This document shows, one piece after another, positions 25,534 through 38,183 of a stretch of DNA of 64,000 nt (the first letter of the stretch is position 1; each line of letters begins with the position of its first letter). The DNA comes from Girardia tigrina (taxonomy: Eukaryota), in assembly GCA_001938485.1 (NCBI GenBank), contig MQRK01226294.1, forward strand, positions 8,584 through 72,583, given 5' to 3'. The position numbers were made by a program, and so were the translations under genes. The notes under the pieces are model-generated. The model was not told where the DNA came from and searched no databases. It was given only the letters and a program-made list of their open reading frames with translations.

Positions 25534-26504
25534 CATAGGCGCCAGAACCGGGGATGCTGAGGGGGCTGGAGCCCCCCAGATTTTGACAATAAAGGCTAAT
25601 GGATGCATCTGCCCTCCGGGCAGTTATATATGAAAGTGAAATTTATTATGTTAAAAATACACTGGACATACTTGTTTTGTCCAACTAAAAAACAGACATG
25701 AGGTTTTTTATTATCATCAGAACGTTAGTTTCTGAAGTATGTTTTAATGATTATAGTTAAATAAATATGAGTGTTTTAAGCTACATGGTGGGATCTAATT
25801 CTTTGCGTTAGAAGCCTACTACAGATAGTTTTGTATACACCAAAGGTTGACACTATTTCCTACTTGTTGCATAGAAATATTATTTCTTACATCGGTTTCA
25901 TGTTATGGTTTCTAATAGAAGCCAATTTAGAAACAATAGAAACTTTCTATAGTTATTATTCTAAAGTTTGGAGTATTTTTTTGATTTTTAATGACGGCTA
26001 TACAATGCTGATTTTCTAATCAGCTTCTTTAGTAAATTAAATTTTATTTAAAATACGTAAACTAATGTCAGATTCATTGTGTTTTAACGTATCGAAATGT
26101 GGATGTTTTGCACTTATTGAACTTTTATAAATCAATTAAAGCATGTCAAAACGCCAAAATTCGTTGTTGCAGTTTCTTACCACACCAGTAAAACGGTTCA
26201 TCAAACGTTCTTATTCAGCTATGAAAAGACTCAAGACGTACTTAAGGAGCTCAATGACGCAATCTCGTGTTGCTAAATTGCCACAAGGAAAGGACAGACG
26301 AATTGAATATTCTTGCAATAGCAAGAATATTTATGTTTGGCAACCCTCACAGGAAGGTCTTTTTAGAGCATATTGTTAACTCTATCATTTAAATAAAATT
26401 TAAGTAGTTTCTAGGCTTCAAAAATAAACTCGATCCTGTACCTTGTGGGATCTGTTTTTTCTCCTTTTCACCTCCCCAGATGTAAAACCGTTCCGTCACC
26501 TATG
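25534..26504 (+). mobile_element. Internally deleted hAT element
   Basis: 8-bp TSD CTGTAAAC at 25526-25533 and 26505-26512. Degenerate TIRs CATAGGCGCCAGAAC / CATAGGTGACGGAAC. ORF 26143 joins an N-terminus (MSKRQNSLLQFL) to the hAT dimerization motif RSYSAMKRLKTYLRSSMTQSR. Confidence 0.88.
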
Positions 26505-29099
26505 CTGTAAACCGTCCCACAACGATAAGGTCCTGGTGCATAAGTGACAATATCGACTCTTTAATTTTATAACGTAATCTAAATTCTTTCAAAGAATGGA
26601 TTGAGGTAAGTTTGAATAGTTTATAAACACTTATATACCAAAACACCCCACCAGAGACTTATCACCACGAAGCTGCGAGCACTCTGCTAATAACAGAGTA
26701 TACACTAACATTTGCTGTGGAATCGGAAAGAGTCTTCTCTTCCAATACATACTTATGTCATAAGATACACTCCAATTTGTATAAAAACACTGTTTACAAA
26801 TTATCTTCGATACCCTTAAACCTTTGGTTTAATTAATTAAGAAGAAAAAAACAGACCCCCAAAGTATAAGATCGAGTTTATTTTGACGCCAAGAAACTAC
26901 TTAAATTTTATTTAAACGACTGACTTTTTTATTGTAAAAATAAAATTATATATTGTTTACGAATATTTATCATTACACAATATTGATTTTTCATAAAATA
27001 GTTGTTCAGTGGTTTTGGAAGTAGTATGGTCTTATTTTTAAACACTAGGGTGTACTCTAAATATATTTGAACATTAGCTGATTAACTGTTATTTAGTTTT
27101 AGTTTGGTTTCCAAAAAAGTCGGAAACATATTGAACTATACAATATATCTCTTGTCTTTGAATGTAAAAAATATATTCTCCATTCCGGCATATACCGGGA
27201 CTTAGAAAAATGTAATACTGAAATCCCAGGATTGGAACCCCTATAGAAAACTGTAAGTACCCTTCTATGGAAGTTTTAATTTTTTGTGGTTCTCATTCAT
27301 GCGATGTTGACGTTTCGGCTAAATAAATAAAATAAAATATTTGAACAAAGTCTATTTTAAAAATATGTGAAATATTTACTGAAACTGTTTTAAATAAAAT
27401 AAATTAATTTAGAATTATTATTTCCATATAGTTATTAATTTGTAAAAAATATGTAAAAATTATTTAATTGATAAAAAAACCATGCTAAACATACTAGGAA
27501 TTACATGTTTTAATATTACGAATCACCTATATATATATATATATATATAAGAATCGATTACCATTCTTATAAAAACAATAATTTGTTTATTTCATTTTAA
27601 TATTCTTCAAATGATGATGCGTCAATAGTTCTGTTGAAATATTTAAATGAAACACGATTTGAATTCTTTCTGATACGCCATTACTGAATATTTAGTTAGT
27701 ATTTAATCATAATAAATATGTACATTTTTAAAGACTGATAAGTTTAATGACATAATCAGTTTTATATGGCTCAATTTGATTGTATTTCTCCAATGTTAAC
27801 CGAATAAATATTAACAGAATAAAATATTCAGAAAAAATAGTTTTTGCTTCTTTTACATGGCAGAATATATCAGTTCATTAGAAAATCAAAGACTTAACTG
27901 AGTAATCATCAGAATTAGAGGAAAAACTATTTCAATGAATATTCTAAGAAGAGCAAGGAAAGTATTTGGCGAGAATACTTCTATCAGACTGATGACACGA
28001 AACCTACAAGTATTTTTAGTTTGTGAAAATAATTTAATTGGCAAAATAAATGAAAATCCTATAGACGTAGAAATGTTAAAGGCAAGAAGGAAAGGAAAGA
28101 AATAACTCACAGTAAGAAATTTCTCAAATTACTTTACGTGATTCATTTGTTACTCAAAAATAATTGGTTCAAGAATTAAGGGAATTTGGAAGTAATCCAT
28201 GCTGGAATGACATTAGAAAACTTTTGAAAATATGAAATATTCCAGAAAACCTTTCGTCAAAGTTCATATTGAAGAAATTCAGTTAAAAACATTGACTTGT
28301 ACCCATCTTATTAACGACAATTCAATTTTTATATGACATTGGTGTAAGTTTACACTTAATAAAAATTATGGCAATTCACCAAAACTACAATGGCCCTTAA
28401 AACTAAAAGTTAATTGAGATTTACATGTATGTATCAAAATTTAATGTTTTGAAACATTCAATATATTAAGATACAACAAAAAATTTAATTTATTATATAC
28501 ATATATATATATATATATATATTACTTAACCAATTACAAAACATGTAATTTACTGTAACGCATGTTGTTTTTGCCTTCAAAGATTTTAAATGAAATAAAT
28601 CATGTGAATTTAATTATAAAAAGCATTTGCTTCAGAAGTTGAATGTCAGAGACCAAACGCATAATAAATATTAACGCCAAAATAAATTTTCAATCGTGAA
28701 TAACTTAAATTATAACCCAAAATATTTTTAATGTCTTTAAAAGTACATCAATGAATAGAGAAATTAAATTTGGAAACAGTTTTTAAAATTTTTATTTGAA
28801 CTCCCAAAATCTTTTGATTACCAAATAATATATGTATAGATTAAAAAATGATTGTTTATCATTTAAAATAAGAGAAAACGATGAAATTATTTTGAAAGTA
28901 AACATAGGAAAATTGAAACATGAATACCTTAGTTTTATTTTCTATACCTAATCTCAAATTATTCATTTTTAAAAAATGAAATAAAGAAAATTTCTATTAA
29001 AATGATGAAAGAAATGTTAAAATTAATATACATCAATAAATAATACTGATATATTATTAGTAAAAGTTAACAAATTCAAAATATTCCATTGTTTTACTG

Positions 29100-30290
29100 T
29101 ACGATGCAGTACTTAGGTTCCCGAAGAGACTGACCAAGATGCAGTTGATACTCGTTGCTCGGGTATTTGGTACTGGACCCATATTTTAGTAGATAATATT
29201 AGTTGCTGTTGAGATGCTGGCTGTTGGGCAAAATTGCAACAATCAGGACCTCTTGACTGTACGGGGACTCCTCAGTCGAAGGTGTTGTCCGAAAATTTCA
29301 TGGGTGCTCATGCACCGGCTCGACCCAGTGGTCAGCCGTCGACATACGCTCGGATGTTTGTTTTCCAACCAGTCGCCATAAGTGCGGCGATAATCCCCGT
29401 CTCAGTTAACGGTCGGCTCGGTCAACTCATCGGTTTGCGACCTGATAATCCACTCGATACGTTCGACTGCGTTGCTCGTGTAAAGTTCTCCCAAGTGAGA
29501 TGTCGGTGGATTCTGTCAGATCGAGTTCATTGCTTGTGACATAATGTGATTCAACAAACGTCGTGATAGTTTTATTTACCAATTTTGATGAAATGAAAAT
29601 AATGGTAACACACTAATTTAAGCCTCCCCTGACTGAACGGATAACTGAGTATTGTAGAGACTATAGTACCAGCATTGGCGTACAGGTTAGTGAGTTATAG
29701 ATTTTGTATCGGGTAGAAACCAAAAATAGACAATACAGAGCCTACTGACTTTCTCACACGGCTTAAGATGCAAGAATGCGATCTTTCAGTGCACGGGAAC
29801 GCTTTGGTTTCCCAGTCAGAAAGGACCAGTCATGATCCCTCGTACCGTGATTCTGTAGAGCTTTGGCTGTGTTAACAAGTTTCGTACAATGAGTAAAGGG
29901 ACACCGAAATATCCCAACATCATTTGTATTACTTAACTGAAAGTCGAGAACCACCCTTAGAATCACTCTTGGGTCCGTCTCCGCGGTACCGCCGAGGGGC
30001 ACTGATACATCATGCATCACGATCGGGTTCGAAGATTTTGTACATCCTTCATCTGCGTTATTTTCTGAGGAACTAGTACCACTGGTATTGCCTTCGGTTC
30101 GGCGATCGAACAATAAATGTCTCTTTAACCATCCATCCGTTTTATACGTCTTATGACAATTTTCCATGGGATATCGGAAAGGTTTGTCACCAATCTGACG
30201 CTGTGGCGTCGTGACTGTATGCACGTTTTTGATGTGTCTTCTTAGTTCCTTCTGTTCGCAAAAGCTTTGAAACAAGAAGGATACATGCAT
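29100..30290 (-). mobile_element. GC-rich remnant with C2H2 zinc-finger ORF (29763-30308), probably retroelement-derived
   Basis: FRCPFTHCTKLVNTAKALQNHGTRDH and FRYPMENCHKTYKTDGWLKRHL zinc-finger-like units. GC is high relative to the flanks. A related short sequence occurs at about 54455-54490. Confidence 0.45.
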
Positions 30291-30339
30291 TGCACTCTTT
30301 TGATACACGGCTGGAGCATTTTCGGGTACTTTTTTCTTT

Positions 30340-31100
30340 GTTCAAGAAAAAATGCAAAGAATTTTCAAATTTGACTATGGGTAAAAGTAATTTGACTCAT
30401 AAAAAATTCTGCTTTAATTGTTTAAGAAAAGATCATACCTTTAAAAATTGTTTAAAACAAAGTTTTTGTAGAAAGGAATGTTGCAAATATGGATTTTAAT
30501 AATCCAAAAGAACAAAGAGAAAATACACTGATGACGAAAACGGGAAGTTCATAGAATAGACTAACGTATATTTTGTTGTGAACCGTCTCAGTCATTTTGT
30601 AACATAATGACAAGGAGTTTCTAGTTAACACATAGGTAAATAAAACACATGCTGAGAAGAAGTAAAGTATGAAATTGGAGAATGGTTTCAAAGAATTTGG
30701 AACATTTGAAAGAGATTTAATTTCAGATAATTGGAAAGAAATAAAATGTCGATGTTTTGATTTGAGCAAACCAATAACATAAACGATCAAAAAAGTTAGA
30801 GGAATAAAAAATGATCCAATTGCAAGATTGACACCTTTGTGAGGGACTTGAGTTGGAAAAAAGCCGTCAATGAGAGCAAATTCGATTCAAACAGAAGTGA
30901 TTCAGACCCTGTGTTTCGCAGAAATATAAATAGAAAATTTTTTACAGAAATATTTGGAAATAGATGATTTTAATAATCCTGTTGGGAACACCAGAAAAGA
31001 AAATAAAATTGATGGAGATTGTCTTGAGGTTGAATTACCTTTAGTTGGTGAATCAATTAGAAACTACTCTGATAATCGAAGACAAACCGTTTTTAAAGAT
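30340..31100 (+). mobile_element. BEL/Pao LTR retrotransposon gag/protease-region remnant
   Basis: CFNCLRKDHTFKNC Cys-His box followed by CxxxCC; PIARLTPL(GW) motif; many stops. Confidence 0.65.
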
Positions 31101-31489
31101 TGACTGCCTTGATTAGATAATTAATATTTTATTTTTGAAATTTTTTTTGTTTTAAATTTTTATTACCATAAATTTATTTGTCTAATTCTGAAATATATTT
31201 TGAAAAAAAAGTTATTAAATATCGCTTTTTGATCCTGACATAGTGAATACTCGTAAGGAAGTTTCGAAATGTATAAACGAATAAATAAACTTTATGTACT
31301 TGAAACCGAAAAAAAAGAAGATGAAGATTTACTTTCGATTTACATTAACAAACACTCTAATTGATGAAATATTATAAATAATAATATATTGTTGTTATTC
31401 TTAATTTTAATAATATAAATTCTTTTTAAATATCTTTACTTTATTAAAAAAATGAACACCATTTGTAACATTTATTGTTATTGATTTCG

Positions 31490-31770
31490 GCAGATACCCG
31501 CCATCCGAGAGAAGTTTGTGCTTTGATCTTGTTTATAAATATACTTGTAATGAGTGTAACGTCACATACATTGCAGAGACATCTCATCATCTTTTCAAAC
31601 GCATCAAAGAGCACAGTCGATTGGATAATGGGAGCAATATATAAAAAAATAAAATGTAAAAAGAAAATCGAAGAAATTGATTTTCAAATTCTGTGCAATC
31701 GATTTAAAAATTATTGGTAGAGAGTAACGTGTGAGGCTTTTGAGTAACAAAGCTAATATAAACTTTTCTG
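31490..31770 (+). mobile_element. Penelope-like GIY-YIG endonuclease remnant
   Basis: LVYKYTCNECNVTYIAETSHHLFKRIKEH...RVTCEA, similar to 55237-55626. Confidence 0.7.
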
Positions 31771-33616
31771 TTATATGAGCCTTGCTACGCAGTAGTAAAT
31801 CAAATAAAATTGGGTAAAAATTTAAATATAATAATTTTAATTAATAATATTATAATTGATAAACGAGTAAACAGATGAGTCGAAAGATTGATCAGAAAAG
31901 GAAAGTAAGTCAATCAGAATAAACTATATAATCTTACAATGTTTAATAATTGTTATCAACAGATATTGTACGTAGATGAGTTTTTCTTTAAGGAGGATTG
32001 TACTCAATATCTTGTCTTATAAAGTTGAGATTTGAGACATCTGATCCTGTATCTCTATAATGGGATTTTTGAGAGGAAATAAAGAAAAAAATAATTGAGT
32101 AATTTTGTTGCTTTAAGGAAGAGCTTGATTGTTGTTTCGTATTTATACAAGAAATAGATGGTTGAGATTTGTCTCCTTAGATTGATGAATACGAGAATAC
32201 TATAGTTGAGAAAAAAAATACAAATTCATATCGTAAATTGGTTATTAATCTGTAATTTTGTAAACTTTTAAATCGTAAATATGGCTGTAAGAATTATTCA
32301 TTAAAAAATCGAAACTAGAAGAAATATTTATTTTCAATCAAAATTAAATTATGCGCGTAATTTATAATTACGTTGATTGATTTAAACAATTTCAGGAGTC
32401 TATATAATCATATAATGGATCCTTTATATATTTATAAATAGAGATATGAATTTAAATATAAATATGTATTGATATTAATTTAATTATCCTAACAATGGCA
32501 ATATCGACTTAATCGATATTGTCATATGTATAATTTTAATTATGAAAAATAATAATTATAAATAACAAAATGACGAAATTATAATAATATTAAATTATTG
32601 TGTAATAATTTATTATTATAATAATATAATATAATTAACATAGAGGACGCGAACTAAAAAATATTTTAATATACTAATATAATTTTATATAAATAAATAT
32701 ACTAGATTAAATGTAAATAAATGATACGATGGACACATTATGCTCGTGTAGCTTATTTAAAAAGATCCATGGGCCTGAAAATTATTATTCAACTTCTCTT
32801 TTAAACATTTTCAAACAGAGCCTTTTTGACATGATTAATTGCACAATCATCACTTTCCTATAGGAGCTGCAGAAACTAATGTAATTTAGTCTGAAGATGT
32901 CGGGTAATCCACCAAAATTAATAAAAATAAATTTTACAAAATGTTGTTCAGTTTTTTAAATCGTCGTTTTTACATTCCATATTTACTTTATGTTAAATTA
33001 TTTAATAATTATATTGTTCAATTTTAGAGAATGACTTAGGATAAAGATATTGTGAATATTTTCAAAATCTAACTTTTATTACCATTTTCCCTAAAAAATA
33101 TCATTCGCATTTTTAGAGACTTCCACCAAATGATTGTCTTTATTTTATAAGAACCCTGATATAGGATATTGCTTTAATTAATTTGACAATAATACGTCAA
33201 CGAGAGATAATGAAAATAGTAAAATGCAAAAACCTTAATTTATTTGGGCATGTATTTTAGTGATTGTAACAAAATAATTAAAAAATAATAAGAATTTTCA
33301 ACAAATAATTTTAGTTTTTCCTCTATTTAAAATTGCACTGCTTTGGAAAAGTAAAACAGCTTCAATATTAAATATATTTAATTTCAATTTTCTTTTATTG
33401 TTTATTAATATCAATTTTTAATAAAAATTGTATCATTAGAGCAATTAATTTTTCTCAAAATATTAATGATTTATGATCAAAGTAAATAAAGAGTATTCTA
33501 CGACTTTTTTTAAAATTTGCTTTATAATATCTATATCTATCTATATATATATAACTTTTAATTTAAAATTAAATAGAAAAGTTATTAGTGACTTATAAAT
33601 AATATGTATCACATAC

Positions 33617-33851
33617 CGTCGCATAGAAAAGCTGGTTCACCACCATTACCATCAATTGGAGTAAAATAGGGGCACTCAGTTTCAACTTTTGAGCACCATT
33701 CTGGACAACTTTTAACGCCAATCAAGGCAGATTGACTCATCGAATTTCTGTCAGTTTTGTCATCATCCGATGTTGCTGTCATTGAGTTTGGAAGAATTAC
33801 AGATATAAATAAATCAAATTTATGAGTACAAAGCCACTGTTTATAAGCAAT
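33617..33851 (-). CDS. NALF1: NALCN channel auxiliary factor (FAM155/NALF/NLF-1, Mid1-like Cys-rich domain), internal exon
   Basis: 235-nt open exon (TAG acceptor phase 0, GTATGT donor phase 1) encoding IAYKQWLCTHKF...GVKSCPEWCSKVETECPYFTPIDGNGGEPAFLCD. This fits the family pattern YKxWLC...xCxxxCxxVxxxCPF/Y..GGxxxFxC. Confidence 0.8.
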
Positions 33852-34619
33852 CTAGATAATTAAAAAACATTATCAATATATTTCAATGCCATATTGATAA
33901 AATATATTATAGACATGTCTTGTATATTATCTTATATATTATAGAGATGTCTTCAAATAAGGATGTCTTGTAAAATTATTTTTTATATGATTTCATAAAT
34001 TTAGGATAATATTTTTTTATTTTTAAATTAAAATTAAACATTTCTATTTAACCAAATAATTACCAATAATTGTTTCAAATGAATCTGTAGAATCAGATTT
34101 TTAGAGAAAATATGCTTCGAAAAAATTAATAATTTGTAACAAAGCACTACAGTACATCAATTAACTCGGTAATTAAGCATTTCCAATTTTAAAATGCAAT
34201 TAAATAAATCGATAAACTATTTCCATATCGTCGACAATGGAAATTAAACTTTTTAATTAAATAAATTTAATTATTCTTTTTATATTTTAATAATTTTCAT
34301 AATAATTTGATTGTCCATTTTATTTTTCAATACTATTTACAATTTTGATAAATGAATTAAACGTATATTTGATGATTTTTTTAAAAAAAGTTTAATTTTC
34401 TTAAACTTGCAATTCAATTTGTTGTAAATCCATTAAGAATGTTAAATTCATTATGAAGCTGTACAAAAGATGACGCAATGAATCTTAAATCACGTTCAAA
34501 CTACATAAAAGATCAGAAAACCTATTTGGGTCCCTGTTACAGTTGATTTTCAATAAACATGAGTTTGATATTTAATTTTTGTTGGTTTTATAATTTTGTT
34601 TGATAGATTTCCTTTATTA

Positions 34620-34775
34620 CAGTTAAACCTGTCTAATTCGTCCCACTTTACTTCGGCAACATACCTATTCCGACAGCTCCGAAAATCCCATTTTTCAATC
34701 ACGGTATTTGTTTTAACTCTCTATTCCGGCATATTTTAAAATCCCCTGCCATACCTGAATAGACATGTTCTACTG
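34620..34775. mobile_element. 156-bp Tigger/pogo-type MITE
   Basis: TA-flanked imperfect TIRs CAGTTAAACCTGTCTAATTC / CAGTAGAACATGTCTATTC. Confidence 0.65.
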
Positions 34776-36779
34776 TATATATTTTTTATTTGTATTAGAA
34801 ATCTAAAATTTATAATGTACGGTTATAATATAGTAATAAATTCAAATTATATTTTATGATTTTGTTGCAGATGAACATATAGCTATGTTATAAAAGGTGT
34901 CCGAAATGTCATAACTATACTGGTTAATTAAAAAGCAAAATCGTGTACCCCATGTAACAAAAGAAGCTTCAATTCACTTTCTGAAACTGGGTGATATTTT
35001 AGAAATAAGTATTTTTTATATACATCAAATTATCAAGAGTTTGTGAAATATTTTGGTACACAACAGATTCGAGATTCTCCATGTAAGTAGCGTTTATGCC
35101 ACTTTGATTTTCACTAGAATCAAGATTCATAATTTAACACCAAAATTTTATTAATAGGAATAATTCACCTAATTAAAAAAATTTCTTGTTCATTCAATTA
35201 TTTCGCCAAAATTAATCTTTTAAATTTTTCTTCCGATTCAATTTGCAAAATTTAGTAACTTTTAAAACTTTAAATTAATAAAATTAACTTTTCAATTATA
35301 ACTAAAAATTTTTATAAAATTGTATCCCAAAACTAATTAATATAAATTTACCATAAGCCTTTTATTTACAAAATTATTTCTTAAAATATTATAAAGTTTA
35401 ATACATTTATAATTTATTTTAAAATTCAAAAATGTGTAAATTATGATACATGAACTTGCTTTTTAGAATATATTTCACATAATGTACGACTTCAGGATAA
35501 AAATAATTATTTCTTCAGAAACAAAGATTTTAATGAGATGCAAATTTTACTAAAAAGATTACTACGTTTGTAAATTACAAATTATTATAATTAACAAAAC
35601 TTTAAAGAACATAAAATTATCAAAGGTTTTATATAATCGTTAAAAATAAATATCTTGCAATTTCATTTTCATAAAGCAAAATACTATCCTGAGGTATAAA
35701 ATATGAAAACTGTTGACCAAAAAAAGAGCAAATTTTCAATTTAAGGGACCATTAATTTAATTTAATTTAAAAAAGTCATAAATTCCAATTATTATTTGAA
35801 ATTGAAAAACACAAATTATATTTATTACTAAAACTATTAAAATAATTTTCTATTTTAATATCTATTTGTGTATTTATGAAAAAATTTAATTTCAACCACT
35901 CATAAATAAAGAACCAAGTTTGTCAGATATTTGTAGTACGAAATCAGATATAATACTAATTTTATTTGTAGCTATAAGAATTAAGTTTGTTAATGATTCT
36001 TGAAAAAAAGATGAATTAACCAAACTTTTAAATTAGAAGTTTAATAGAGACAATCCTGATATATTTGAAATGAAAATGAGCTTTTCAAATTAATTTGGCT
36101 GATTTTACTACACACATATCATTCAATAACAAATAGTTTTTGCTTTGCATTTTAACATTAAAGGAAAAATAAATAACGATAAAATTAAAAATTATTTTTT
36201 CTATTAATATAAAAATAATACAGCAATTATGAAAGTTTTTTGAAAATATGGCCTTTAAGAAATAACTATACAAACGACTTTTATTCGAGAGTCGTTTTTA
36301 AACCGAAATAAATTGCTTTAAAAAAGATTAAGTTGATCCAATTTTATAAATAAATTAATTTGGATTAGATATCTATTTGTTCAAAATAAAAATGGACAAA
36401 CATAATTTATAATAAATATGACTTGAAAGCTATAAACAAAAAATGTTTGGTTTCTCAACAAACTTAAGAACTATAAAAAAACTAAAAAGAATATTTATTT
36501 ATAATGTATAACGAAATTACGATCATCTTTTATATAATAAAAAATATGAATGGAATAAAAGTCTTATCCGATTCAAAATAATATTTATTTATCCAACAAG
36601 CACAATACATTAATTAACAAATACAGACAAAATATGCCACTATCTGAAATCTTTCAATGTTTTATTAAATACTTTGTTCAAATGTTTTATTTTTATATTT
36701 GATTTAAATAAGTAAATATCAGTTTACAATCAGTTAAACATGAGACCATTATTTTGTTCTAAATTATAGGATTATAAAT

Positions 36780-37700
36780 TATAGGCAACTTCAAAAAAAC
36801 AGGTTTTTGTATACAAACATTATATGAGTACATCAGCAATTGAGAAGACTAATTCCATACTTGGAAAAATACTAAGTACTTAAGGAATTACACGCGAACA
36901 ATCGGAAAATTTATTTCTGGTGTTTTGCTGTTTAGGATGAAGACAAAAGTTTGTGACCATTGCAAAGGTGACGAAGAAAAGCAAATCAAAGACGTTTTGT
37001 CGAATAGTCAGTTTCTCATATGACAGTACTCCACCACTTACATAAAATTGGATTTTTTTTGTGAGTTGATGTATGTCACATCTTTTGTCTGATAAAACAA
37101 AGCAAACATGGAAATAATTTGTGGCGAATTATTGGTGTGCACCAACGGTACAACTTTACGGTCGTTTATGTGTGATTATATTTCGGGAATATCAATAGAT
37201 TTTATCCCAATATATAGTGATAAGGTGCTGGTGATCTAGCAAATAACATAAATGTTTTCATTATTAACACTTTTTTTAAACGAGAAAGAATTTTTTCTGT
37301 GCATTGTATTTCCTCAGAAAAAAACATGAACTGAAAAATGTACAGAAACCAGTTTGGCAAAATCGTCGAATCAACTCAACAAAAGTAGAGCAGACTACAC
37401 GGGAGAAGATTTGAAAAGTTTCATTTCCTTCAGGATAAGGCTTCACGCATTTCGGAGATTTAAGTAAATCAAAGCTTATTGAGATCATTTTAACTATAAT
37501 AAACAATCATCCTATTCTAAAGACTTCTCCTCAGACTATCATCTATTTTCTCATTTAAAGATTCACACCAAGGAAAACATATCAGTCGGCTAAAGAAATT
37601 AATATTGATTTAGAAAATTAAATAAATTCTTTGCGGACGGTATAAAACAACTTCCAAAACGCTGTGAAAATGTGTTAATAAAGTTGGCGTTATTTTCAGT
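36780..37700 (+). mobile_element. Heavily degraded mariner transposase
   Basis: Fragments PYSKD..SDYHLFSHLK and FFADGIKQLPKRCE match mariner C-terminal motifs. Confidence 0.6.
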
Positions 37701-38183
37701 ATTTCAGGGACAATGATGAATTATATACTGTTTATGTAGGTTAATTTATACGTTACCACTGTGGGATAAATTAAATTACATAGGTAATATCTGGTATTAA
37801 GAACATTAATTGAGTTTTCATTACATGTATTTGCATCACAATTCGAATTGCCACTAGAACAATTCTCCGTAAAACTTGAGTAGCTCGTCATCGTTCTTGA
37901 TTGATAATTTTTAATTAATATTCATTAACGTCTTATTATTCGAACAAATTTAAATTACAATTTATTATTACAAAAATAATTTATACTTTAAATTAAAAAT
38001 AAATTTTATTTATTTTAAGAAAGTTATTATTAAAATATTATTTATGAAATATTAATTGAATTTTAAAATTGGTTATTTAAATTTTAATAATTGATTAAAT
38101 AATCCAACGTTTTAAAATATTTAAAATATCAATCTTTCATAATATTTCGTTATCCTCTCGGCATTGATTTTCTCAGAAAAGAC

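Noticed and set aside
27886-28300. Short ORF-bearing stretch
   Set aside because: No identifiable domain or splice support.
32885-32925. Hammerhead-like CTGAAGATG motif
   Set aside because: The GAAA core is replaced by AAAA and the stems pair poorly.
36085-36273. F/I/L/K/N-rich short ORFs (also 49374, 54773, 57448, 57737, 60643)
   Set aside because: Compositional artefacts of very AT-rich DNA, or antisense shadows of TE sequence.
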